From positions 1 through 18,241 of the forward strand of contig JAYTLG010000280.1 in assembly GCA_043729555.1 (NCBI GenBank): a stretch of DNA of 18,241 nt, written 5' to 3'. The notes beneath the pieces are model-generated. The model did not search any database and was not told where the DNA came from. It saw nothing but the letters and a program-made list of their open reading frames with translations. Position 1 is the first letter of the stretch. Every line of letters begins with the position of its first letter. The DNA comes from Cytophaga sp. Lineage in GTDB: Bacteria; Bacteroidota; Bacteroidia; Cytophagales; Cytophagaceae. The translations under genes were made by a program, and so were the position numbers. Below are positions 7,770 through 15,767 of the stretch, in pieces.

Positions 7770-10700
7770 TTAATATTCCAATGGCATACTTGTTCTTTTT
7801 ATTAACTCCACTATTTTAGTGTACAATTGGTTTTCATTAATGGGTTTGGAAATATAATCATCCATTCCAAATTCTTTACATTTGGCAACATCAACGGTGG
7901 TAACATCTGCCGTTAATGCAATGATTGGAATATTAGATTTCATTGTATTTCGAATGTATTCCGTTGCTTCATACCCATTCATTTCAGGCATCTGCAAATC
8001 CATCAAAATAATATCGTAGGTATTGGCTTGCAACTTTTCTATTGCAACTTTACCATTACCTACTACTTCATGTTCAAATCCAAAATCGCTTAGCAGAATT
8101 TTTATTAGTAATTGATTTAATGAAATATCTTCCGCTACTAATACGCGTAGGGTTTTGATTTTCGGATCCAATTTAAGCGTTTCTATTTCATCTATTGTTT
8201 CCCTATTCGTTTTCCCAAAGGGAAGGATAAAACTAAATGCGGAGCCTTCTCCCTTCTTACTCGTCACACTAACACTCCCACCTTGAATTTCTACTAATTG
8301 TTTTACAATTGATAGCCCCAATCCAGTTCCACCATAAGAATTTGATGTACTGATTTCTGCTTGTTCAAAAAGATTGAATACTGAACTTATTTTGTCATCC
8401 GAAATTCCAATTCCAGAATCGGTAACGGTAAATTTCAGCAGTATCTTTTCTGCCTCTTCGCTCTGTATCTTAACGCTTAGTGTAATTCCACCTTTATGAG
8501 TAAACTTTATTGCATTACCCATCAGATTTAATACAATCTGATTTAATCTTACTGAATCACCTATTAATACGGATGGAATTTCGTTGTCGTATTCACTGCT
8601 AAATTTTAAATTCTTTTCTTTTATTTTCAGGTCAAACGAATGGACTACTGACTTTATTGATTTTTGTATTTCGAAAGGCTGTTTCTCGAATGTCATTTTA
8701 CCCGCATCTACTTTTGCCAAATCAAGTATATCATTAATGAGCAGCGTTAAAGAATGGCCACTTGTTTTTACAGCCTGAACATACTCCTTTTGTTTTTCAC
8801 TCAACTCGGTTTTCATCAACACATTTGCAAATCCTAAAATAGAATTCAATGGTGTTCGAATTTCGTGACTCATGTTTGATAAAAACTGTTGCTTAAATTT
8901 CGTAGCATTTTCTGCTATTATTTTTGCTTCGATTAATTCTTTTTCAAACAACTTTTGTTCATGAATATCAAAACCAACACCTATAAAGCCAATAAATTCT
9001 CCATTGGGCAAATAACGAGGATTCGCCTGAACCGCAAACCACCTGTATTCCCCATCGTAGCGCTTAATGCGAATGCCGGTTAAGGAATAAGGCTTGCGAG
9101 CTTCAAAAGCAGGTATATACACATCCATAATGGGTTGCACATCGTCTGGATGTATAACGTCATCCCATGTTCTGCCAAGTGCTTCTTCCAATGTTTGCCC
9201 CGTGTAATCTAACCAGTATTTGTTCCAATAACTGATTTTCGCATCTGCAGTTGGTTCTATTATAAATACGTTCAGTGGAATATTGTCAGCCATCAAACGG
9301 AAGCGTTCTTCGCTTTCTCTTAATTGCAAATTGTATTCAGCTTGCGTGGTTACTTCAGTGGCAATGATGCCCACACCTATTATTTGTCCTTCTGTATTGT
9401 GTTGCGGTTGCAAAATGAAATTATAATACTTCAGTGCTATTTTCCCATGCTGTAAAATATGAACTGGAGATTCAACTGCAACAAATGGTTTTCCTGTTGT
9501 GTATACCGCATCAAAAATTTCTTTGTATCCTTGTACGCCTAATTCAGGAAGCAATTCAAAATATGATTTTCCAATGACATCATTACCTTTGCCCCAGATC
9601 TCTATAATGGCATTGTTTGCAGTGGTAATAACCATGTCCTTGCCTTGTAAAATACCAATAGCCGAAGTAGAAGTGGAAATCATGTTGTGGTAACGAAATT
9701 CACTTTCTTCAATTTTTTTATGGGCAATCAACTGTTCGGTAATGTCTTCAATAGCAAGCAGAATTAATTTTTCGTTGCCGGCTTCATTAAGGACTTCGCG
9801 GCCATTAAGTACTACAGTACGTTCGCCAATGTTGGGGAAATTGTGTGCTACTTCAAAATTTTCAAACTTTACCTTATGTAACAGAATGTTTTGTAACTGT
9901 TTCCGTAATGCCGGAATATCCCATTGTTTATTGCCGAGTTCAAATAATAATTTCCCCTCGGTATCTTTTTCATTGACATGGAAAGTTTTATAAAAAGAAG
10001 CATTGGCCGATTTTATCCGAAGGTGCTTATCAAGTACCAACAGAGGTTCGTGCAAGGACGATATAATGGCTTCTGCATAATCTCTTGCTTCTGTAACCTG
10101 TTCATTAAGCCCAATCATTTCCTGGTTTACAACGCTCAGTTCTTCATTGGTACTTTGCAATTCTTCTTTGCTGGTTTCCATTTCCTCATTCAGGCTCTGC
10201 AATTCTTCGCTACCACTCAGCAGTTCTTCATTCGCACTTTGCAATTCTTCGTTGGCTGCTTCCTGCTCTTCGGTAATGCTACGCATGTCCTCACGGCTTT
10301 GCGCCAGTTCTTTTTCTAATTGCTGTATGCGTAAATCTTTGGCGGCACTGGATGATTTAGAAGCAGCGGATGTTTTTTTAATGCTTGTTGGTATTTGCTG
10401 GTTGGCATTTAATAACTGATTGTGAAAAAGCACCAGGTAATGTGGCTCAATAATATTCGGCAATGGTATAGCTTCAATTGAAATAGTGTGTTGCACATCA
10501 TTTATTTGTACCGGAATATTTTCTTTTATAACAGTTGCATTTTCTTTTTTTGCTTTGTGCAAAATATTGCGCAGTTCAAATGCCAATCCTTCTTTAGCCA
10601 TCTTCAATAAATTAAGGCTGGCTTTCCCTGGTGATGGTTCTAAAAAATTGCCGGTCCTACCTCTGAAGTGTACAATATCCATGACCTCATTTACCACCAC

Positions 10701-12353
10701 ACCAGCAGGAGTGTATTTGCTCAGCATAATATCATCGGCGGTTTTTTGAAAATCGGTACGAATGATTTCACTTTTACTGTGCACGTTTTTATCGGCAAAG
10801 CTTTTTTCACTGAGCAAGCTTGCGGTAGGCACAAACCTGCCTGGGATATCTTTACAGGTAAATATCTTATCGGTTTTCGCAGTGCCCTTCAATTGGCATA
10901 TTGCAAAATGATCTGGCACTCCACTGGTTGTTTCTGATTTACCCAGCAATAAAAGTCCTTTTGAATTTAATGCGTAATGAAAAGTGGTGAGTGCTTTTTT
11001 TTGCAAATAAGGCTCCATATAAATAAGCACATTGCGGCAGCTTATTAAATCCATTTTACTAAAGGCAGGATCTTTTAAAAAATTATGGACTGCAAACACA
11101 CATAAATCGCGGATGGTTTTTTTTGCTTGGTAGTCCCCATTATTCTTAGTGAAATATTTTGTCAGGTGCTCTTCGCTTAATCCCTTTACATCGCTGATTG
11201 AATAAACTCCACTGCGGGCCTTTGCAATGGCAGGTTCACTGATGTCAGTAGCAAAAATTTGCACTCTTTGATTTCCGTCAGGGGAAAAAAGATCGTCCAA
11301 CAATTCCTTAAAACAGATTGCTATTGAATATACTTCTTCGCCTGTACTGCAACCAGCCACCCAAACACGAATGGGCTCGCCTTCTATTTTATTTTTTACA
11401 ATAAGAGGAAATACAGATTTGCATAAGGTGTCAAAAATTTTCGGATCTCTAAAAAAATCAGTCACAGGAATCAGTAAATCTTGATACAATAAATCTTGTT
11501 CTGTTTTTTTCTCTCTTAAATATTTTAAATAGGCCGAAGGTTCTTCTGTTTTATTAATGGCCATCCTGCGGAGTATTCTTCTGCGGATGGTAGATTGTTT
11601 ATAATACGTAAAATCTGTACCCTTGCGAATGCGGAGCAGTGAAAGAATGTGTTTAAACACCTCTTCCGCTTGTTGTGGAATATCCTCACCATCTTTACCT
11701 CGAATAATGTTTATTACTTCCAAAAGTTTTTGTGGTATTTTATCGGGCGATAAAATAAAGTCAACTACCCCCGCTTCAACGGCGCTATGCGGCATGCCTT
11801 CATAGGCTGCCGATTCCTCGTCTTGCGCAAAAGTGATGCCTCCATTATCTTTAATCGCCTTCAAACCCATGGTGCCATCACTAGCCGTGCCAGACAATAC
11901 CACACCAATAGCATGGCTTTGATGTACTTCGGCAAGCGATGTAAAAAAAAGATCAATGGGGAGGTTACGTTCCATTTTGCTTTTTGCTGGGCGTTGACTA
12001 AGTTCCAGCACACCATCATTAGCAATCATCATTTTATTGCTGGGGAGGATATAAATATGGTTGGGCTGAACTTTAATATCATCCGCAATTTCGAGTACTG
12101 GAATCTTGGTAACTTTTTGCAGCAATTCTACAAGAAGACTTTCGTGGTTGGGATCAAGGTGCTGTACCAACACATAAGCCATACCGGAGTCTTCGGGGAT
12201 TGCTTTTAATAATTTTTTAAAAGCATCGAGCCCGCCAGCAGATGCACCAATGCCCACCACAGGAAAAATGTTAGTGGACTTGATGAGTTCCTTATTTATT
12301 TCTGGTATTGAATTTTTGGATTTCATCTCGAGTGCATTAAGGCAGCGGCTCAA
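7770..12353 (-). CDS. CheB methylesterase - CheR methyltransferase - coiled-coil - PAS x3 - HisKA - HATPase_c - receiver hybrid sensor protein, 1527 aa
   Basis: Residue numbers are approximate, counted by eye. CheB triad context GIGASAGG, VQHLDPNH and LSGTASDG (about aa 30-210). CheR N-terminal and SAM-binding domains with VWVAGCSTGEE (about aa 225-475). Seven perfect heptads of x-N-E-E-L-Q-S (about aa 695-746). Three PAS domains (about aa 755-1130). H-box NMSHEIRTPLN (His about 1163). HATPase G-boxes DSGIGI and GGTGLGLSIV. Receiver with DIILMDLQMPEMNG (Asp about 1452). Stop codon is TAA. The alternative start MKSKNS (codon 10) cannot be excluded. Confidence 0.85.
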   Translation of the reverse strand: MSRCLNALEMKSKNSIPEINKELIKSTNIFPVVGIGASAGGLDAFKKLLKAIPEDSGMAYVLVQHLDPNHESLLVELLQKVTKIPVLEIADDIKVQPNHIYILPSNKMMIANDGVLELSQRPAKSKMERNLPIDLFFTSLAEVHQSHAIGVVLSGTASDGTMGLKAIKDNGGITFAQDEESAAYEGMPHSAVEAGVVDFILSPDKIPQKLLEVINIIRGKDGEDIPQQAEEVFKHILSLLRIRKGTDFTYYKQSTIRRRILRRMAINKTEEPSAYLKYLREKKTEQDLLYQDLLIPVTDFFRDPKIFDTLCKSVFPLIVKNKIEGEPIRVWVAGCSTGEEVYSIAICFKELLDDLFSPDGNQRVQIFATDISEPAIAKARSGVYSISDVKGLSEEHLTKYFTKNNGDYQAKKTIRDLCVFAVHNFLKDPAFSKMDLISCRNVLIYMEPYLQKKALTTFHYALNSKGLLLLGKSETTSGVPDHFAICQLKGTAKTDKIFTCKDIPGRFVPTASLLSEKSFADKNVHSKSEIIRTDFQKTADDIMLSKYTPAGVVVNEVMDIVHFRGRTGNFLEPSPGKASLNLLKMAKEGLAFELRNILHKAKKENATVIKENIPVQINDVQHTISIEAIPLPNIIEPHYLVLFHNQLLNANQQIPTSIKKTSAASKSSSAAKDLRIQQLEKELAQSREDMRSITEEQEAANEELQSANEELLSGSEELQSLNEEMETSKEELQSTNEELSVVNQEMIGLNEQVTEARDYAEAIISSLHEPLLVLDKHLRIKSANASFYKTFHVNEKDTEGKLLFELGNKQWDIPALRKQLQNILLHKVKFENFEVAHNFPNIGERTVVLNGREVLNEAGNEKLILLAIEDITEQLIAHKKIEESEFRYHNMISTSTSAIGILQGKDMVITTANNAIIEIWGKGNDVIGKSYFELLPELGVQGYKEIFDAVYTTGKPFVAVESPVHILQHGKIALKYYNFILQPQHNTEGQIIGVGIIATEVTTQAEYNLQLRESEERFRLMADNIPLNVFIIEPTADAKISYWNKYWLDYTGQTLEEALGRTWDDVIHPDDVQPIMDVYIPAFEARKPYSLTGIRIKRYDGEYRWFAVQANPRYLPNGEFIGFIGVGFDIHEQKLFEKELIEAKIIAENATKFKQQFLSNMSHEIRTPLNSILGFANVLMKTELSEKQKEYVQAVKTSGHSLTLLINDILDLAKVDAGKMTFEKQPFEIQKSIKSVVHSFDLKIKEKNLKFSSEYDNEIPSVLIGDSVRLNQIVLNLMGNAIKFTHKGGITLSVKIQSEEAEKILLKFTVTDSGIGISDDKISSVFNLFEQAEISTSNSYGGTGLGLSIVKQLVEIQGGSVSVTSKKGEGSAFSFILPFGKTNRETIDEIETLKLDPKIKTLRVLVAEDISLNQLLIKILLSDFGFEHEVVGNGKVAIEKLQANTYDIILMDLQMPEMNGYEATEYIRNTMKSNIPIIALTADVTTVDVAKCKEFGMDDYISKPINENQLYTKIVELIKRTSMPLEY
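10116..10271 (-). repeat. 21-bp tandem nucleotide repeats encoding the NEELQS heptad coiled-coil linker of the CheB/CheR hybrid
   Basis: Repeated ctttgcaattcttc-type units are visible on the plus strand. The reverse-strand ORF 10147..10419 with repeated LCNSSL is the mirror image of this. Confidence 0.7.
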
Positions 12354-12610
12354 TGTACACTATTAATCTATCTGTTTGGGATTTCATATGCAGTAAGACT
12401 TCGCCTTTACCCTTTTATCTGCTTAAAGTGATAAAGAAACAGCTTACGTTTAAAATGGCTAGAGAGGTGTTCTATAGTAAAGAAATAAAAAGCGCTGGCG
12501 GAAGCTTAAAAGTCAGTCCAACACGAGCGTTAAAGAATGTACTCAACGAGCTTGGGCTAACAAATCCAATGTCGAAACAAGTTTTAATTTTAGCTGGCGA
12601 AAGCTGATAG

Positions 12611-13303
12611 CTAATGATCGTGTTTCTGCAAGCTAACTTTTGTCCTAAACCCTCCACCATCAACAAAATCCTTAAACTTTTTATTCGACAGATGGAGTGC
12701 CGGAGCAAATATTGGTTTCCATACATCGCTAGAATCTATAAATTTATTCCTATCCTGTTCGTTGGTGATATTTATAGAATAAGAATTTGCACTCACATGC
12801 TCAAATTGAAAAATCTCCCAGTTATTTTTATCGATAAAATGATTTAAATAATATTTTCCATTCGACTGAATTAATTTGTCTTTCTTATGCAAGTTCATGA
12901 TGGTGTCTTGAGTGCTTTCTTTGAATATGAGATAACCATCTTGTATAATTTTTATTTCATTTTTATGCCTTTCAACGACCTGTGCTGTATCGAATTTAGA
13001 CAGTTGATAATACGTTGAAAATTCTAGTGAGTAAAATGCTAGCTGATCCGTAATGGTTAACATTCCCGAAAAGATCATGACCGAATCTTGTAGCATGATA
13101 AAATCCTTTGAGTAGTATTTTGAATTATAAAATATTTCTTTATTTCTTGACCCGATTGTGCTGTCAGCACTATAATACATCCCTACTAATTCAGCGGTAA
13201 AGTGCTGTAGCTTTATGCCATCCTTGGGCATAGGCCTGTCAAAGTTTATACCCGAACAGCTTGCCAACAAAATGCAACATAATATCAAATGTATTTTTTT
13301 CAT
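12611..13303 (-). CDS. Lipoprotein, function unknown, 230 aa
   Basis: Signal peptide with lipobox MKKIHLILCCILLASCSG (Cys after L-A-S). Stop codon is TAG. It is 257 bp upstream of, and co-directional with, the CheB/CheR hybrid gene. Confidence 0.65.
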   Translation of the reverse strand: MKKIHLILCCILLASCSGINFDRPMPKDGIKLQHFTAELVGMYYSADSTIGSRNKEIFYNSKYYSKDFIMLQDSVMIFSGMLTITDQLAFYSLEFSTYYQLSKFDTAQVVERHKNEIKIIQDGYLIFKESTQDTIMNLHKKDKLIQSNGKYYLNHFIDKNNWEIFQFEHVSANSYSINITNEQDRNKFIDSSDVWKPIFAPALHLSNKKFKDFVDGGGFRTKVSLQKHDH

Positions 13304-13460
13304 CTTACTATACTCTTGCAGGCGAAAGCTTTTAGCTTGTGCCTTTTATTTTTAGAGCGTATCGCTCGGTGTTTATTGTGTTATAGTATGTTCGAGCTAT
13401 AAGCTCTATATCCCGAAGTCTCGGGATAGACAAAAGATACTCTTGCGCCAACAGATCTGA

Positions 13461-13664
13461 CGCGGATGTTACGAAGGATCATCCGTGACATACACTAAAA
13501 CTAATATTAACAATATCGACTTTAGGGATCTGCGATCCCTACCTCAATTTAAATATAAAAATAAAACACCATTATCAATGTATGGATTGCAAATCCATAT
13601 GCACATTGCTACACTTTATTACTTTGTGGTAAATGGCACGGATGATCCTGCGGAACATCCGCGC
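13461..13664. repeat. Mirror-symmetric array of four GGAT/ATCC-cored palindromic sites bounded by a 27-bp inverted repeat
   Basis: IR-L cgcggatgttacgaaggatcatccgtg (13461-13487) versus IR-R cacggatgatcctgcggaacatccgcg (13638-13664): 25 of 27 match when reverse-complemented. Internal perfect 19-bp palindromes tagggatc-tgc-gatcccta (13523-13541) and tatggatt-gca-aatccata (13581-13599). Site centres at 13474, 13532, 13590 and 13651 (spacings 58, 58, 61 bp), symmetric about roughly 13562. Confidence 0.6.
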
Positions 13665-13688
13665 CATTTGTGTAATTATTTATTATTT

Positions 13689-14870
13689 CTAATTTCCATT
13701 TTCAAACATTGGCAACTCAATCGTAAATATTGTTCCTTTGTCTTTACCTTCACTATTTACTTTTACGTTTCCTCCGTGCCTTTCTGCAATTTCTTTGGCA
13801 ATCCATAAACCAAGTCCCGTAGACACTTCATTGCCTGTCGGTTTAGCACTTAACTTACTAAACTGCTTAAAAGCATTATTCATATCCTCAATCGTCATTC
13901 CTTGCCCATTATCTTTTACTTCTAAAATTACTTTTTCTCCTTTTTTCTCTAAAAGGACAGTAATGTCTTTGCCGCTTGGCGAATACTTAATAGCATTACT
14001 TAAAAAATTATCTATCAATTCTGACAACCTTGTTTTATCTCCATGAACAAGTATATTCGTCTCTACTGAACTTTCTATTTTCTGCTGTTTTTTTGATGCT
14101 ATTACCTTATTAGTTGATATTACTCTGTTAGTAAGCTCGGAAAGATCAAAAGACTCAAATCTATAAGGAATATCTTTTGACGAATTTACAGCATGCCTTA
14201 AAAAACTATCTACTGCCTGTATGCTTTTATCTGCGAAAGATTTTATCATATCCCCCATTTCTTCTACCTCATCAGGATTTCCTTTTTGCTCTTTTATTAA
14301 ATCTACTAAATAAGGGATGTTGCAAACTGCACTACGGACATCGTGAGTTATCATATAAGCCATTTTATTTTGTGAATTTATTGCCGAACGAGCCATTAGA
14401 CGCAATTCTAACTGCTCAATCACAACATAGGCTAAATCTTCTAATATCTGTTGTTCCGTATTATTTAGGGTTCTTGGCTTTTTGTCAAGAACGCAAAGCG
14501 TCCCCAAGTTGAAACCGTCAGAGGTTGTTAAAGGAACTGCTGCATAAAATCTTAATCCAAATTCACTTGTTACTAATGAATTTCTAAGTGTTCTGGGGTC
14601 TTTTAAAGCATTTTCTACCATTTAAAAATCCTTAGAAAAAATAGCTGATGCACATAGCCCTTCTTCTCTTGGTATTTGCTGAACATTCAAGCCAAATGCT
14701 GACTTAAACCAAATTCTATCAGTATCTACTAAAGAAACAATAGCAATTGGTACGTTTAATAACTTTGCTACTAATTTTACTATACGGTCGTATGTTCCAT
14801 CTGGTGGAGTATCCAAGATCTCAAACTTCCTTAGTGTTTCTAATCTTTTTATCTCTGTTTCTGTTGTCAT
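13689..14870 (-). pseudogene. GAF-sensor histidine kinase interrupted by one in-frame TAA (ORFs 14622..14870 and 13689..14621 share a frame)
   Basis: The 82-aa upstream ORF is the N-terminal half of a GAF domain (LETLRKFEILDTPPDGTYDRIVKLVAKLLNVPIAIVSLVDTDRIWFKS). The 310-aa ORF continues it (ENALKDPR...GLRFYAAVPL) into a HisKA-like H-box (ITHDVRSAV) and HATPase_c (DNGQGM, GLGLWIAKEIA). TAA at 14624..14622 is followed directly by ATG 14621..14619 (TAAATG). Confidence 0.7.
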
Positions 14871-14888
14871 TGTTTTTTTTAATTAAGG

Positions 14889-15000
14889 CTAACGGATAGC
14901 GTGTTGTAGACGGTGCAGGAGTTAAAGCTCTTCACTGCACGCTAGTACCGAGGGGAGCCATGGGCTTATCTTTGCGTAGCCAAGCCCATGGCGATTAATG
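14889..15000 (+). repeat. Copy 1 of a ~115-bp repeat family (5' box ctaacggatagcg, 3' hairpin gccatgggctt...aagcccatggc, tail gcgatta)
   Basis: Aligns with the copies at 17023 and 17987. Hairpin 14957-14992 has an 11-bp stem. Sits 19 bp upstream of the GAF-kinase ATG at 14870, directly adjacent to the left inverted repeat of the transposase unit. Confidence 0.7.
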
Positions 15001-15010
15001 GCTCCCCACT

Positions 15011-15729
15011 GGCGCGAGCATCCTGCTCGTGCCCAAAGCACATAGAGCGTCCCGCTCGGGCATCCTATAACATTGCAAGACAAGAAGCCACTTTTGCCCT
15101 GCATGATCTCTTGCGCTACTGTATAGCCATTCTTCTGGCTACAATACAAATCCTGACGTTACAGGATTCATGTGAATATAATTCATTTTTTGATAAAACA
15201 CCTCATCACTAAATAACTCTATGGGATGATTGTGTTGTTCCCAAAATTGAAAGTCTTTTGTATTTGAATTATGTTTTCCGGCATGTCTCATCAACCACAA
15301 CAACCATCTTTTTCTACTTTCTTACGTATTGCTTTCTGCTTCCAGCATCGTATGAAAAACACGAGAGATATAACCTTTTAAATTTCTTATAGTTTCACCT
15401 AAATTGTCAGGTGCTGCTGAACGCAAGATCAAATGAATGTGACTGGTCATGATACAGTACGCATAAACTTCCAGTCCATTGTTTTGCTGGTAATGTTTTA
15501 TGGCATTAAAAAAGACTTCTTTGTATTCGTTTCGAATAAAAAAATCGATCCAATCGATAACAATGAAGGTGACAAAGTGGGCATGACGATCTGCTCCGAA
15601 GCGATATTTTCTACTCATAAAAAATAATTTAAAAAATGTTCTTCAAATATAATGAATGGCATTGTCTTATTCAAGTATCCCCGCGCGGGACGCTCTATAT
15701 ACTTGTGGCACGAGCAGGATGCTCGCGCC
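15011..15729 (-). mobile_element. RAYT/IS200-like Y1 transposase unit flanked by 50-bp GC-rich inverted repeats (REP-like)
   Basis: Left IR 15011-15060 (ggcgcgagcatcctgctcgtgcccaaagcacatagagcgtcccgctcggg) and right IR 15680-15729 are 45 of 50 identical when reverse-complemented. Each IR contains two GC-rich imperfect hairpins (ggcgcgagca-tcc-tgctcgtgcc; cccg-ct-cggg). They enclose the transposase gene with 78-bp and 61-bp gaps. Confidence 0.65.
15139..15618 (-). pseudogene. IS200/IS605-family (REP-associated, RAYT-like) Y1 HuH transposase with in-frame TAA at codon 99
   Basis: The 98-aa ORF 15322..15618 carries the HuH motif (CIMTSHIHLIL). Continuing by hand in the same frame past TAA (15324..15322) gives 62 more codons: ESRKRWLLWLMRHAGKHNSNTKDFQFWEQHNHPIELFSDEVFYQKMNYIHMNPVTSGFVL, ending at TAG 15141..15139. 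The catalytic-Tyr motif YIHMNPV resembles the RAYT YIxxNPV context. The full length of 161 aa is typical of Y1 transposases. Confidence 0.7.
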
Positions 15730-15767
15730 AGAAAGGGCTATTTCAATGTCGTTCATCAGCCCTTGTG

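Noticed and set aside
10116-10271. Possible CRISPR or minisatellite from the 21-bp periodicity
   Set aside because: The periodicity lies inside a continuous ORF and encodes protein heptads. There are no spacer-like unique segments and no cas genes.
8584-12209. Antisense ORFs within the CheB/CheR hybrid gene, including 10147..10419 with repeated LCNSSL
   Set aside because: The repeat-rich translation is simply the reverse complement of the NEELQS heptad-coding repeats; the others have no support.
12353-12607. 84-aa plus-strand ORF divergent from the CheB/CheR hybrid gene
   Set aside because: It begins on the hybrid gene's start codon and has no recognisable motif. It lies in what is more likely the promoter/leader region between the lipoprotein and hybrid genes, so I left it unannotated.
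7331-13330. Recurring short motif ggcgaaagc at 7336-7344, 12595-12603 and 13318-13326
   Set aside because: At 9 nt it is too short to be significant, and its positions relative to the neighbouring genes are inconsistent.
13485-13808. 107-aa plus-strand ORF
   Set aside because: It spans the palindromic array and then runs antisense to the histidine-kinase C-terminus, with no coding signal.
14889-15000. tRNA, tmRNA or other known RNA gene for the structured repeat
   Set aside because: No cloverleaf, no T-loop GTTCRANYC motif, and no CCA end context; three diverged copies within 3 kb is repeat-like behaviour rather than an essential RNA gene.
14922-15149. 75-aa minus-strand ORF (MYCSQKNGY...)
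   Set aside because: It runs through the GC-rich left inverted repeat and the repeat hairpin. Its Cys/Gly/Trp-rich translation is an artefact of the GC-rich palindromes.
14622-15324. TAA reassigned as a sense codon (alternative genetic code)
   Set aside because: TAA terminates the hipS-like, flotillin, hydrolase, 72-aa, CheB/CheR hybrid and zeta-like genes, all at sensible protein ends. The two internal TAAs are therefore better explained as nonsense mutations or assembly errors.
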